Assembly: GCA_963786935.1 (NCBI GenBank)
Contig: CAWBAN010000001.1
Location: forward strand, 513,158-577,157
From: an uncultured bacterium
GTDB taxonomy: Bacteria > Krumholzibacteriota > Krumholzibacteriia > Krumholzibacteriales > Krumholzibacteriaceae
Length of the DNA stretch: 64,000 bases
Direction of reading: 5' to 3'
A program made the position numbers and the translations under genes. Each line of letters begins with the position of its first letter. Positions within the stretch are counted from its first letter, which is position 1. This document shows, piece by piece, positions 9,177 through 20,295 of this stretch. The notes under the pieces are model-generated. The model saw nothing but the letters and a program-made list of their open reading frames with translations, was not told the origin of the DNA and made no database searches.

Positions 9177-10094
9177 ATGCCGGCGGAACGACATACACCG
9201 GTCATGGCGGAAGCGGCCGTCGATCTGCTCCTCGCGCGGAAATCGGGTCTCTTCGTGGACTGCACGGTCGGCACGGGCGGCCATACGGAGCTCATCCTGC
9301 AATCGGCGGACCCGTCGGCGGAGGTTCTGGGGATCGATCGCGACGCGGCGGCGCTCGAGGAGGCGCGCGTCCGGCTCGCCCCCTTCGGGGAGCGCGTGAC
9401 GCTCGTCTGCGCGAACTTCCGGGATATCGCAGGGTTGCTCGGCGCACGGAATGCGGACGGCTTTCTCCTCGATCTCGGGCTCTCGACCTACCAGCTCTCG
9501 GACGCGACGCGCGGATTCAGCTACCAATCGAACGGACCGCTCGACATGGCGATGGGGACGGACGGCCGCTCGGTCGCGGAATTCATCGCGTCGAGCGGGG
9601 AGCGAGAGATCGCCGCCGTGCTGCGCGAGTACGGGGAGGAGCGTCGCGCGCGCGGGATCGCGCGGGAGATCGTGCGGCTCAGGGACTCGCGCGGCATGGA
9701 GACGACCCTGCAGCTCCGCGAGGCGGTCGCGAAGGCCGCTCCGGCCCGCGACGTGAACGGCACGTGCTCGCGCGTGTTTCAGGCGCTGCGGATCTGGGCG
9801 AACGGGGAGCTCGAGAGCCTCTCGGCGTTCCTGCCGTCGGCCGTGGATCACGCGCGTCCCGGGGGCAGGCTCGTCGTCATCAGCTACCATTCGCTCGAGG
9901 ATCGAATCGTCAAGCGGTTCTTCAGGCAGGAGGCGCTCGGCTGCGTGTGTCCGAAGGATTTCCCGGAATGCCGGTGCGGAAAGCTCCCGCGTCTGGCGGT
10001 GCTCACGCGGTCGGCGTCGCGGCCGTCACCGGAAGAGATCGAACGAAATTCGCGGTCGCGGAGCGCGAGACTCCGCGCGGCAGAGAGGTTGTGA
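9177..10094 (+). CDS. rsmH: 16S rRNA (cytosine1402-N4)-methyltransferase RsmH (MraW)
   Basis: Full-length family match (FVDCTVGTGGHTELIL, FLLDLGLSTYQLSDATRGFSY, QALRIWANGELESL, ISYHSLEDRIVKRFF). Confidence 0.95.
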   Translation: MPAERHTPVMAEAAVDLLLARKSGLFVDCTVGTGGHTELILQSADPSAEVLGIDRDAAALEEARVRLAPFGERVTLVCANFRDIAGLLGARNADGFLLDLGLSTYQLSDATRGFSYQSNGPLDMAMGTDGRSVAEFIASSGEREIAAVLREYGEERRARGIAREIVRLRDSRGMETTLQLREAVAKAAPARDVNGTCSRVFQALRIWANGELESLSAFLPSAVDHARPGGRLVVISYHSLEDRIVKRFFRQEALGCVCPKDFPECRCGKLPRLAVLTRSASRPSPEEIERNSRSRSARLRAAERL

Positions 10095-10095
10095 G

Positions 10096-10521
10096 ATGAG
10101 CACGAACAGCGGATACGCCTCGGGATTTCACCTTCTCGTCAAGCGGGCGCTCGAGGGCAGGGTCACGCCCCTTACCTTTCTTCTCATCCTCGGATTCTTC
10201 TCGACGCTCGTCCTCTTCTACATTTCGCTGCACGTCTATTTTTTCAATATCTCGAACGACATAGCCGGCATGAGCGAGCGCGTCGACGCGCTCATGGACG
10301 CGAACGTGCGTCTCATGGCCTCCTACAACGTGCTCGCCTCGCCCGGCCGGATCATCCCGATGGCGCAGGATCTCGGATTGCGGGCGGGCTCGACCGACGA
10401 AGTCCATCGGCTCGCGCTCCGCATCGACGCCTCGTCCGACCGGGAGGAGCCGTCGTGGGCGCAGCTCAGGATGGATGAGTTGCTGGAGCTCGCACCCTTC
10501 CAGAAGCCGGGGACGAAATGA
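10096..10521 (+). CDS. ftsL: Cell division protein FtsL-like (small bitopic membrane protein)
   Basis: It sits between rsmH and ftsI. It has a single TM helix (LTFLLILGFFSTLVLFYISL) followed by a short periplasmic coiled-coil region. The ATGA overlap with ftsI supports the call. Confidence 0.6.
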   Translation: MSTNSGYASGFHLLVKRALEGRVTPLTFLLILGFFSTLVLFYISLHVYFFNISNDIAGMSERVDALMDANVRLMASYNVLASPGRIIPMAQDLGLRAGSTDEVHRLALRIDASSDREEPSWAQLRMDELLELAPFQKPGTK

Positions 10522-12659
10522 GCGAAATGTATCCGAGACGCCGCCTGCGCGCGCTGTCGATCGCCGTCACGCTCATCGTCGGCGTCCTCGCCTACCGGCT
10601 CGTCGACCTCCAGATCATCGATCACGAAAGGTACGTCACGAAGGCGAAGGGGCAGTGGTACCGCCGGCAGACGATCCCCGCCCGGCGGGGGAACATCTTC
10701 GACCGGAACGGATTCCCGCTCGCGGTGACGCACTGGACCTATACGATCGGCGTGACGCCGAAGCACTTCCCCGCGGACGACCGGACCGCGGTCGCCCGCC
10801 TCGCGCTCGCCTGTGATCTCTCCAAAAAGGAGCTGCGCCGCCGGCTCGGCCGGAACGACACCTACATTCTGCTCGGCAAGGATCGTCATTTGGACGAAGA
10901 GCAGGTGGCGCAGCTCTCCCGCCTCCCCGGCGTGCGCCTCGATCCCAATCACGACCGTATCTACCCGTACGACGCGATGCCCCCGCAGCTCGTGGGTGCG
11001 ATCCGCGCGGACGGAAAGGGCACGGCAGGCGTCGAGCTCGCGTTCCAGGACGTGCTCGCCGGCGAGGACGGATGGCTGCTCGAGAGCCAGCTCTCGGGTG
11101 ATCGCAAGGGATTCCAGCCGGTCAACGCCCCGGGGCGAAAGCCGCGCAACGGCACCGATCTCTACCTCACGATCGACACGCGGATACAGACGATCGTCGA
11201 CTTCGAGCTCGAGGCGGCGATCGAGCGCTACCGCGCCGCGGGGGGCGTGGCGCTCGTCGTCGAGCCGGCGACCGGAGACGTGCTCGCCATATCCGAGCAG
11301 CCGCGGCGCGAGGTGGCGCGCGACGGGTCCGCGGTCGACGGGTTCGCGCTCCAGTCGATCAACTGCATCTACGAGCCGGGCTCGACCTTCAAGCTCATCA
11401 CCGATTCCTACCTTCTCGAGGCGGGGAAGGTCGACCCGTACGACGCGTTCTTCGGCGAGAACGGGAAAGCGACTTTCGAGTTCGGGACCTTCCACGACGA
11501 TCACGAGTTCGGATGGCTCAGCTTCAAGGAATCATTCGTCTATTCGAGCAATATCTGCACGATCAAGGCGGCCCTCGCCGCGACCCCCGACGAATTCTAC
11601 CGGCACATTCTCCGGTTCGGATTCGGCGGGAGGACCGGCATCGAGCTCCCCGCCGAGTCCCGCGGGACGCTCCGCGAGCCGCGGCTCTGGTCGGATCGCT
11701 CGCTCGCGAGCATCGCCATCGGCCACGAGATCGGCGTCACGCCGATACAGATGGCGATGGCGTACGCGGCGCTCGCCAACGGCGGGAGCCTCCTCGCCCC
11801 GCGGATCGCGCTCGAGGCGCGGGACGCCCGGAACTCCGTCGTCCGCGCCTTTCCGGTCGCCGCGGTGCGGAAGGTGTTCTCGGAGCGCACGGCGGCCACG
11901 ATGCGCGATTTCTGCGAGGAGGTCGTGCTCAAGGGAACGGGCGTGAAGGCCGCGGTGAACGGTATCGCGGTGGCGGGGAAGACGGGAACGTCGCAAAAAG
12001 TCGTGAACGGCCGCTACGGGGACGAGAAATACGTCGTGAGCTTCATCGGCTTCGCGCCGGCACGGGATCCGCGGATCGTGTGCGTCGTCGTCCTCGACGA
12101 GCCGGTCTATCCGTATTACTGGGGCGCCGAATCGTCGGCCCCGCTGTTCGCGAAGATCGTCGAGGGCATCAACCTGTCGACCGATCTCTTCTGCGATCCC
12201 GACGGCGCGAACGTCGCCGTCGGCGGGAAATCGCGCGGTTCGAAGCGCGTGCCGAGCTTCCTCCGCCTCACGACGGACGAGGCGACGGATCTCGCCTCGG
12301 AATGCGGCCTCACCGTGAACTGTCCCGACGTCAAGGGAATCGTCTTCTCGCAGTCCCCCGATCCCGGCACGCTCGTCGGCCGGAAGGACGAGGTGAAGCT
12401 CATGGTCCGCGCGGCCGTGTCGAACGAGGCGTCGCCGCCGAGCGTTCCCGACGTCGCGGGGCTTTCGATCCGCGAGGCGCGGCGGCTGCTCCTCGCGTGC
12501 GGGCTCGACTGCGTCGTGCGCGGATTCGGCGTCGTCGAGCGGCAGGATCCGCCGGCGGGGACGATCATCTCCCGGCTCGGCAGGGTGCTGCTGATCTGCA
12601 ATCCGTTGAGCGAAGAGCCGGTCCGGGCGGCCGAGCGGGGGAACGGAGCGTCGGATTGA
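10518..12659 (+). CDS. ftsI: Peptidoglycan D,D-transpeptidase FtsI (PBP3) with two C-terminal PASTA domains
   Basis: An N-terminal TM segment, a PBP dimerisation domain and a transpeptidase domain with STFK (SXXK), SSN and KTGT motifs are all present. Two PASTA repeats follow at the C-terminus. Confidence 0.95.
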   Translation: MSEMYPRRRLRALSIAVTLIVGVLAYRLVDLQIIDHERYVTKAKGQWYRRQTIPARRGNIFDRNGFPLAVTHWTYTIGVTPKHFPADDRTAVARLALACDLSKKELRRRLGRNDTYILLGKDRHLDEEQVAQLSRLPGVRLDPNHDRIYPYDAMPPQLVGAIRADGKGTAGVELAFQDVLAGEDGWLLESQLSGDRKGFQPVNAPGRKPRNGTDLYLTIDTRIQTIVDFELEAAIERYRAAGGVALVVEPATGDVLAISEQPRREVARDGSAVDGFALQSINCIYEPGSTFKLITDSYLLEAGKVDPYDAFFGENGKATFEFGTFHDDHEFGWLSFKESFVYSSNICTIKAALAATPDEFYRHILRFGFGGRTGIELPAESRGTLREPRLWSDRSLASIAIGHEIGVTPIQMAMAYAALANGGSLLAPRIALEARDARNSVVRAFPVAAVRKVFSERTAATMRDFCEEVVLKGTGVKAAVNGIAVAGKTGTSQKVVNGRYGDEKYVVSFIGFAPARDPRIVCVVVLDEPVYPYYWGAESSAPLFAKIVEGINLSTDLFCDPDGANVAVGGKSRGSKRVPSFLRLTTDEATDLASECGLTVNCPDVKGIVFSQSPDPGTLVGRKDEVKLMVRAAVSNEASPPSVPDVAGLSIREARRLLLACGLDCVVRGFGVVERQDPPAGTIISRLGRVLLICNPLSEEPVRAAERGNGASD

Positions 12660-14140
12660 AGCTGTCGAGTCTCATCGAGGGGATCGGCCCGTCGAAGCGC
12701 GTCGCCTTCCGCGACGTCGAGGTGACGGGCATCTCGACCGACTCCCGCGCGCTCGATCCGGGGGATTGTTTCGTCGCGATCGCCGGCCACGCCGCGGACG
12801 GCCACGCCTTCGTCGCGGACGCCGTCCGGAGGGGGGCCTCGGCGCTCGTCGTCGAGATCCCGGTCGAAGCGGCCGTTCCCGCCGTCGTCGTGCGGAACTC
12901 CGCTCTCGCCGCCGCCCTCATGGCGAAGCGTTTCTACGGGGATCCCGCGTCCAGCCTCCGGCTCGCCGGCATCACGGGAACGAACGGAAAGACGTCGAGC
13001 GCTTTTCTGCTGCGCTCGATCATGAATATCGCGCACGGCCCGTGCGGCATGATCGGCACGATCGGGTACGGTGTCGGCGGCGAGCTCTCCTCGACGCGCA
13101 ATACGACGCCGGGCGCCGTCGATCTCTACCGCGTCATGGCGGATTTCCTGAATCGCGGATGCCGCTCGGCCGTCATGGAGGTGAGCTCCCACGCGGCGGA
13201 GCAGGGAAGAATCACGGGGCTCGAGTTCGACGTCGGCGCCTTCACGAACGTGACGCGCGATCACCTCGACTACCACGGCACGCTCGAGCGGTACGTCGAG
13301 GCGAAGGAGGCGTTCGTGCGCGCGCTCGCGGACTCCGGGCGGCGCAAGGGGCCGGGGACGTTCGCGTACAACGCCGACGATCCCGAGGTCGCGCGCGTCG
13401 CGAAGCGATTCGCGGGTCCGCGCGTTTCGTTCGGCGTCTCGTCCCGGGCGGACGTTCGCGCCGAAGGCGTCACGGCGAGCCTCAGGGGCACGAGCTTCGA
13501 CCTCGTCATCGGGCCGGATCGCACGCGCCTCGATCTCAAGCTTCTCGGGACGATCTCGGTGTACAACGCGCTCACCGCGGCCGCCTGCGCCCACGCGCTC
13601 GGCGTCGACGCGGGCTCCGTCAAGGCGGGACTCGAAGGCGTCGCGCAGGTGCCGGGGCGGTTCCAGGTCGTCTCCATCGGCCGGGGCCCCACGGCCGTCG
13701 TCGATTACGCGCACACGCCCGACGCACTCGAGAAGCTCCTCAATTTCTGCCGGGAGCTCAAGCCCCGGAAGATCGTGACCGTGTTCGGATGCGGCGGCGA
13801 CCGCGACCGCGGAAAACGGCCGATGATGGGAGGAATCGCCTCCCGCCTCAGCAATATCGTATTCGTCACCGACGACAATCCGCGCACCGAGGACCCGGAC
13901 CTGATCGTGAAAGAGATCATCGCCGGCGTCGGGACGGGCGCGGCGCCGGTCCACGTCGTGCGGGACCGGCGCTCGGCGATCCGCGCGGCCGTCGGGGCCG
14001 CCGAGGAGGGAGATCTCGTCGTCATCGCCGGGAAAGGGCACGAGAACGAGCAGATCGTGAAGGACGCCCGCGTGCCGTTCAACGACGCGCTCGAGGCCGA
14101 AGAGGCGCTCCGGACCCGGGAGGTGGATCATCAGGGCTGA
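12656..14140 (+). CDS. murE: UDP-N-acetylmuramoyl-L-alanyl-D-glutamate--2,6-diaminopimelate ligase MurE
   Basis: TTG at 12656 overlaps the ftsI stop. Mur ligase motifs GITGTNGKTS and DYAHTPDALEKLL are present. Track ORF 11513..14140 is an open-frame upstream extension in the same frame. Confidence 0.9.
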   Translation: MKLSSLIEGIGPSKRVAFRDVEVTGISTDSRALDPGDCFVAIAGHAADGHAFVADAVRRGASALVVEIPVEAAVPAVVVRNSALAAALMAKRFYGDPASSLRLAGITGTNGKTSSAFLLRSIMNIAHGPCGMIGTIGYGVGGELSSTRNTTPGAVDLYRVMADFLNRGCRSAVMEVSSHAAEQGRITGLEFDVGAFTNVTRDHLDYHGTLERYVEAKEAFVRALADSGRRKGPGTFAYNADDPEVARVAKRFAGPRVSFGVSSRADVRAEGVTASLRGTSFDLVIGPDRTRLDLKLLGTISVYNALTAAACAHALGVDAGSVKAGLEGVAQVPGRFQVVSIGRGPTAVVDYAHTPDALEKLLNFCRELKPRKIVTVFGCGGDRDRGKRPMMGGIASRLSNIVFVTDDNPRTEDPDLIVKEIIAGVGTGAAPVHVVRDRRSAIRAAVGAAEEGDLVVIAGKGHENEQIVKDARVPFNDALEAEEALRTREVDHQG

Positions 14141-14150
14141 ACTGCGATGG

Positions 14151-15539
14151 GTGGCCGAAGCGCTCGCCGCGGCGGGATACCGCGGCGGGGATCCGGGCGC
14201 AGGCGTGATCGAGGGGGTATCGATCGATACGAGGGAGGCGTGCGAGCGCCGTCTCTTCGTCGCCCTGAAGGGCGCCTCGTCGGACGGGCACGACTATCTC
14301 GGCGCGGCGGTCGAAAAGGGTGCCGCCGCGCTGCTCGTCTCCTCGAGCCGGAAAGCGGACGCCTCCCGCGTCGCCGGCGGCGTCCCCGTGTTCGGCGTGG
14401 CCGATACGCTGGCGGGCCTGCAGGCGCTCGCCGCGGCCTATCGATCGCTCGTGAATCCGCGCGTGATCGCCGTCACGGGGAGCTCGGGCAAGACGGGGAC
14501 GAAGGACCTGATCGCCGCGATCGTCTCGAAGCGGTTCGGCGTGCACGCGACGCCGGGAAACCTGAACAACCACATCGGTCTCCCGCTCACGATTCTCGGG
14601 ATGGAGGGAAGCGAGGAGATCTGCGTGACAGAGATGGGAGCCAATCACCGGAGAGAGATACAGACGCTCGCGGGCATCGCAAGGCCCGATATCGGCGTCG
14701 TGACGAACATCGGCCCGGCGCACCTCGAGCACTTCGGCTCGCTCAAGGGAGTGGCGGCCGCGAAGGCCGAGCTGCTCGAGGCGCTCCCCGCCGAGGGAAC
14801 GGCGGTGCTCCCCGCCGACGACGATTTCATCGAATTTCTCAAGGGGCGCACGGCGGCGCGCACCCTCACGTTCGGCTTCTCGGAAGGGGCCGACCGCCGG
14901 ATCACCGGCCTCGAGCGGCGCGAATCGGGCGGCTACCGGTTCCGGGTGGGGGATCTCGCGCTCGAGGTCGCCCGCCCCGGAAGGCATCACGTGCTCAACG
15001 CGGCCGCCGCGGCGGCGGTCGGCTCGATCGTCGGCGTCCCGGCCGGGGAAATCGCCGCCGCGATTCTCGCGGCTCCCGTGCACGAGGGGCGCGGCGCGCT
15101 CCTCGATCTCGCGGGAATCCTGTTTTGCGACGAGACCTACAACTCGAATCCGGCCTCGCTGCGGGCGGCGGTGGAGGCCTTCCTCGAGATTACGGCGAGC
15201 GGGCGGCGCTGGCTCGTGCTCGGCGACATGCTCGAGCTGGGAGCGTCGAGCGAGGACCTGCACCGCGAGGCGGGGATCTACTGCGGCAGGGCGAAGGTCG
15301 ACGGCATCTTCACGATCGGCGCCGAGACGGTCGCGCTCAACCGCGCGGCCGCCGAACAGCGGAAATCGCCGGAGCACATCACGCATTTTCTCGACGCGGC
15401 GAAGCTCGCCGCGTACCTGAACGAGCTCATCGCGCCGGGGGACGCCGTCCTCGTCAAGGGCTCGCGGGGCATGCATATGGAAACGGTCATCGAATCGATC
15501 GCACGGGCGCGCGGCACCGCGCCGCGGAGGGTTGACTGA
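14151..15539 (+). CDS. murF: UDP-N-acetylmuramoyl-tripeptide--D-alanyl-D-alanine ligase MurF
   Basis: GTG start. Motifs VTGSSGKTGTKD and NIGPAHLEHFGSL are present, and the protein is full length at about 460 aa. Confidence 0.9.
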   Translation: MAEALAAAGYRGGDPGAGVIEGVSIDTREACERRLFVALKGASSDGHDYLGAAVEKGAAALLVSSSRKADASRVAGGVPVFGVADTLAGLQALAAAYRSLVNPRVIAVTGSSGKTGTKDLIAAIVSKRFGVHATPGNLNNHIGLPLTILGMEGSEEICVTEMGANHRREIQTLAGIARPDIGVVTNIGPAHLEHFGSLKGVAAAKAELLEALPAEGTAVLPADDDFIEFLKGRTAARTLTFGFSEGADRRITGLERRESGGYRFRVGDLALEVARPGRHHVLNAAAAAAVGSIVGVPAGEIAAAILAAPVHEGRGALLDLAGILFCDETYNSNPASLRAAVEAFLEITASGRRWLVLGDMLELGASSEDLHREAGIYCGRAKVDGIFTIGAETVALNRAAAEQRKSPEHITHFLDAAKLAAYLNELIAPGDAVLVKGSRGMHMETVIESIARARGTAPRRVD

Positions 15540-16659
15540 TGCTGTACTGGCTCCTGTACCCGCTCCGCGAGCACTTCTTCGCGTTCAACGTGTTCCGCTA
15601 CATCACGTTCAGGGCCGCGTACGCCATGGTCACGGCGCTCCTGATCTGCTTCGTGTTCGGGCCGCTCCTCATCCGGGCGCTCCGGAAGCTCCAGATCGGC
15701 CAGCGCATCCGGAACGAGGCGCCGGACAGCCACCAGCGGAAGGAAGGAACACCGACGATGGGAGGCGTGCTCATCATCGCCGCGACCGTCGTGCCGACGC
15801 TCCTCTGGGGAAACCTCGCGAATCCCTACATCCAGGTGGCGCTCGTCGTCACGCTCTGGACCGGCCTCATCGGTTTCCTCGACGATTACCTGCGCGTCGT
15901 GAAGAAGACCGAGAAGGGGCTCGTCGGCCGCTACAAGCTCCTCGGACAGTTCGTGTTCGGCGCCGCCCTCGGCGTGTTCCTCTATATGCACCCGCTCGTT
16001 CGCGAGGGCGCGACCGAGAGCGCCGTGCCGTTCCTCAAGAACTACTCGATCGAGTGGGGGCTCCTGTACATCCCGTTCGTCATCTTCGTCATCATGGGGG
16101 CCTCCAACGCGGTGAATCTCACCGACGGGCTCGACGGGCTCGCCGCGGGGGCCTCGGCCTTCAGCTTCTTCGCCTTCGCGGCGCTCGCGTACATCAGCGG
16201 CCACCGGACGTTCGCCGGCTATCTCAACATCCCGTACATGCCGGGCTGCGGCGAGCTCACCGTGTACTGCCTGGCCATGGTCGGCGCGTCGCTCGGTTTC
16301 CTCTGGTACAACACGCACCCCGCCGCAGATCTTCATGGGGGATACGGGATCCCTCTCGCTCGGCGGGGCGCTCGGCACGGTGGCGGTGCTGCTCAAGCAG
16401 GAGCTCCTCCTCGTCATCATCGGCGGCATCTTCGTCGCCGAGGCGCTGTCCGTGATCCTGCAGGTCGGATCGTTCAAGCTGACGGGGAAGCGGATATTCA
16501 ACATGGCTCCCATCCACCACCATTTCGAGCTCAAGGGGTGGCGCGGAGAAAAAAGTGGTCGTGCGGTTCTGGATCATCGCGGCGCTGCTCGCGCTCTTGA
16601 GCATCAGCACGCTCGAAGCTGCAGTAGGGAGCCGCGGATGGCGGATGCGAAGCGTATGA
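15539..16659 (+). CDS. mraY: Phospho-N-acetylmuramoyl-pentapeptide transferase MraY; reading frame interrupted twice (near 16322 and near 16542)
   Basis: Frame 2 covers the gene as far as LWYNTHPA, frame 0 gives [17 protein letters not shown]...HHHFELKGW, and frame 1 gives the C-terminal [19 protein letters not shown]. Each junction is consistent with one extra nucleotide. Confidence 0.85.
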
Positions 16660-18006
16660 AACAGCACAACGAATACAGCGGAAAACGGGTGCTCGTCCTC
16701 GGCCTCGCGCGGAGCGGCGTCGCCGCGATGCGCCTCCTGCGCGATGCCGGCGCGACGGTAATCGGCGCCGACGAAAACGCCGCGGTGGAGATTCCGTCCG
16801 AGCTCGCGGGAGCGGATCTTCATCGCGGCGCATTTGACGACGCGCTCCTCGATCGCGTCGACGAGGTCGTCGTGAGCCCCGGCATCCCGATCGATCACCC
16901 GCTCATGCTCGCGGCGAGCGCGCGGGGCGTCTCGCTCGCGAGCGAGCTCGAGATCGCCGCCCGCTTCGCGCAGGGGCATCTCATCGGCGTAACGGGCTCG
17001 AACGGAAAATCGACGACGGTCACGATGATCGGCGAGCTGCTCAAAGCGGCGGGGCGCCGCGCCGTCGTCTGCGGCAACGTGGGGCTCCCGTTCTCGTCGG
17101 TCGCGCGCGATCTCGGCCCGGACGATTATTACGTGCTCGAGATATCGAGCTTCCAGCTCGAGACGATCTCGCGGTTTCATCCCGAAGTCGCCGGCATTCT
17201 CAATCTCACGCCGGATCATCTCGACCGCTATCACGACGTCGAGGATTACTACCGGTTCAAGGAGCGGATCGTCGAGAACTGCGGTCCGAACGACACGTTC
17301 TTCTACAACGCGCTCGATCGCCGGTGCGCGGCGGTCGCGCGCCGTTTCGCGGGCGCGATCGGTGCCGTTCTCGTCCGCCGGTCCCGTCGAGGCGGGCGTC
17401 TATCTCGACGAGGGCGGGCGGCTCGTTCGCGAGCGCGGCGGGGCCCGCGAGGCGTTCCTCGAGCGGGGCGAGCTCGGCGTCATCGGCGTGCACAACGTGG
17501 AAAACGCGTTGGCGGCGGTGGCGGCGCTCGCTCCCTTCGACGTGAGCGCGTCCGCCTGCCGGAAGGCCCTGTCCGAGTTCAGGGGGCTCCCGCACCGGAT
17601 GGAGCGGGTCGCGATCGTCCGCGGCGTGACGTACTACAACGATTCGAAGGGCACGAACGTCGAGGCGACGATGATGTCCCTCAAGGGGCTCGACCGCCCC
17701 GCGGTCCTCATCGCCGGCGGACACGACAAGGGAGGGGATTTCACGAAGCTCATCCCCGTGCTCGCCCGCGTGAGGGCGATCGTGACGATCGGCGAGGCCG
17801 CGCCGCTCATCGAGGAAGCGCTCGGATCGGTCGTGCCGATCGCGCGCGCGGCGACGATGCAGGACGCCGTCGAGACGGCGGCGCGCACCGCGCAGGAGGG
17901 GGACCTCGTGCTCCTGTCTCCGGCGTGCGCGAGCTTCGACATGTTCAGGAATTTCGAGCATCGGGGAGAGGTGTTCGCGGAATGCGTGAAAGCGCTGCAG
18001 AGATAG
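16638..18006 (+). CDS. murD: UDP-N-acetylmuramoylalanine--D-glutamate ligase MurD; reading frame interrupted near 17355-17362
   Basis: The N-half is in frame 0 ([29 protein letters not shown]). The C-half is in frame 1 ([38 protein letters not shown]). Confidence 0.85.
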
Positions 18007-19178
18007 CGGATTTCGCAAGCCGGGGCAGGTGCGATCTCAAGCTCGTGCTCGCGACGGTCGCGCTCGTCGTGCTCGGGCTCGTCATGATCGCCTCCGCCGG
18101 CCAGATGGTGAAGCTCCAGGGGGCGAGCGGACCGCATTTCCATTTCTTTTTCCGCCAGCTCACGCTCGCCGGCCTCGGCCTCCTCGGCATGGTCGCCGCG
18201 ATGAAGGTGCCGTACCGGCTCTACCAGAAGCACGCGCTCAAGCTGCTCGTCGCCGCGTTCGTGCTCCTCGCCGCGGTGCTCGCGGTCGGGACGAAGATCC
18301 GCGGATCGAGCCGCTCGATCTACATCGCGAATTTCGATTTCCAGCCGGTCGAGGCGGCGAAGATCGCCCTCGTGATCTTCCTCGCCGCGAAGATCTCCGA
18401 GTGGGGGGAGCGCGTCAGGGATTTCAAGCGGGGATTTCTTCCCCTCGCCGGGACCGGAACGGCGATGGCAGTCATGGTGGCGCTGCAGCCGAACATATCG
18501 AACGCCGTCCTCATCATGATGATCACGTTCGTCGTGCTCTTCGTCGCCGGGTGCCGGATCAAGCACCTCCTCATCTTCGGCGGCGCGCTGCTCGTCGCGG
18601 CGACGCCGGCGCTCCTGCAGGTGTCGAAGGTGATCACGAGATTCTCGACGTACCTGCGACCGCGGGAGGGGACCCCGGCGAATTTCCAGCTCGAGCAGTC
18701 GCTCATCGCGCTCGGATCGGGCTCGGTCTTCGGCGCGGGGCCGGGCAGGGGGCATCAGAAGTACCGCTTCCTCCCCGACGCGCACACCGACTTCATCTAT
18801 TCGATCATCGGAGAGGAGCTCGGTCTCATCGGGACGATGGCCGTGCTCCTCCTCTTCGTGCTCATTTTGCGGCGCGCGGTGCGGACGGCGCTCCGCGCTC
18901 CCGACTCGTTCGGGTACGTCCTCGCGCTCGGGACGGGGCTCCTCGTGTTCATGTCGGCGATCATCAATATCGCGATGGCGACCGGGGTCATCCCCACGGC
19001 GGGGCTGCCGCTGCCGTTCATCAGCTACGGCGGCTCCTCGCTCGTCGCCTCGCTCGCCGCCATCGGCATCATCGCGAACGTCTCGTACGAGGGCAGGGAG
19101 CGCGCCGGGGGCACCGGGCTGTTCGGCCTGCGCCGGGGAACGAAGAATGTGTTCGCGAAGCGCGTCGAGCGCGCGTAG
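17982..19178 (+). CDS. ftsW: SEDS-family peptidoglycan glycosyltransferase FtsW
   Basis: ATG 17982 overlaps the murD end. The protein has about 10 TM segments and the FtsW/RodA signature ([29 protein letters not shown]). Confidence 0.9.
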   Translation: MRESAAEIADFASRGRCDLKLVLATVALVVLGLVMIASAGQMVKLQGASGPHFHFFFRQLTLAGLGLLGMVAAMKVPYRLYQKHALKLLVAAFVLLAAVLAVGTKIRGSSRSIYIANFDFQPVEAAKIALVIFLAAKISEWGERVRDFKRGFLPLAGTGTAMAVMVALQPNISNAVLIMMITFVVLFVAGCRIKHLLIFGGALLVAATPALLQVSKVITRFSTYLRPREGTPANFQLEQSLIALGSGSVFGAGPGRGHQKYRFLPDAHTDFIYSIIGEELGLIGTMAVLLLFVLILRRAVRTALRAPDSFGYVLALGTGLLVFMSAIINIAMATGVIPTAGLPLPFISYGGSSLVASLAAIGIIANVSYEGRERAGGTGLFGLRRGTKNVFAKRVERA

Positions 19179-19197
19179 CGGGGGAAAGGAAGCGGCA

Positions 19198-20295
19198 ATG
19201 AGAATCGTCTTCGCGGCGGGTGGAACGGGAGGGCACATCCTCCCCGCGCTGTCCGTCGCGGACGAGCTCCGCGCGCGCTCGCGAGGCCTCGAGGCGCTCT
19301 TCATCGGCACTCGCTCCGGGCTCGAGAGCAGGCTCGTGCCGGCCGGGGGCTACGAGATCCGCTTCATCTCGGCGAAAGGGGTGCGGGGAAAGGGGGCGGC
19401 GGCGCGGCTCCGCGGCGCCGCGGGTATCGCCGTCGGATTCTTCCAGTCGCTCGCGCTCCTCGGCCGTTTCAAGCCGGACGTCGTGTACGGATCGGGCGGC
19501 TACGCGAGCGCGGCGGTCGTGCTGGCCGCATCGTGTCTCCGGAAGAGAATCGTGATCCAGGAGCAGAACTCGATACCGGGGCTCACGAACCGGCTGCTCG
19601 CGCGGCACGCGCGGAAGATATACCTCGGATTCGAGAACGCCGCGGCGTATTTCAAGAAGCATCCGGGGCTCGTCGTGACGGGGAATCCGCTGCGCGCTTC
19701 GATTCTCGTCCTCGGACGGTCCGATGCGCGCGCCGATTTCGGCATCGAGGGGGAAGGCCCCCTGCTCCTCGTCTTCGGGGGGAGCCAGGGTGCGCGCACC
19801 CTCAATCGCGCGGCGGCCGAGTATCTCCTCGCGCGGCCGAACGTGCGGGGAATCGTCCAGACCGGAGAGCAGGATTTCCCGTGGGTGCGGGAGCGGCTCG
19901 CCGGGGTCTCGAGCCGCGTCTGCGCGCGGCCGTACCTCGAGGCCATGGATCGCGCGTACGCGGCCGCGACGGTCTGTCTCGCGCGCGCCGGGGCGCTGAC
20001 GGTGTCCGAGCTCGCGGCGGCGGCGGTTCCGGCGATTCTCGTTCCGTATCCGCACGCCGCGGACGACCATCAGTCGTACAACGCGTCGCATCTCGCCGAC
20101 GCGGGCGGGGCGATCGTGCTGCGTGACGCCGACCTGAACGCGGATTCGCTCGCGGCGGCGCTCGATCCGCTGCTGGCGGATCCGGCGAGGCTCGCCGCGA
20201 TGCGGCGCGCGCTCGAACGCGCCGCGCGGAAGGACGCCGTGAAAACGATCGCCGCCGACGTGCTCGCGCTCGCCGCGGCCGGGAGGAAATCGTGA
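19198..20295 (+). CDS. murG: Undecaprenyldiphospho-muramoylpentapeptide beta-N-acetylglucosaminyltransferase MurG
   Basis: The N-terminus MRIVFAAGGTGGHILPAL, GSGGYAS, and the C-terminus AELAAAAVPAILVPYPHAADDHQSYNA all match MurG. Confidence 0.9.
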   Translation: MRIVFAAGGTGGHILPALSVADELRARSRGLEALFIGTRSGLESRLVPAGGYEIRFISAKGVRGKGAAARLRGAAGIAVGFFQSLALLGRFKPDVVYGSGGYASAAVVLAASCLRKRIVIQEQNSIPGLTNRLLARHARKIYLGFENAAAYFKKHPGLVVTGNPLRASILVLGRSDARADFGIEGEGPLLLVFGGSQGARTLNRAAAEYLLARPNVRGIVQTGEQDFPWVRERLAGVSSRVCARPYLEAMDRAYAAATVCLARAGALTVSELAAAAVPAILVPYPHAADDHQSYNASHLADAGGAIVLRDADLNADSLAAALDPLLADPARLAAMRRALERAARKDAVKTIAADVLALAAAGRKS

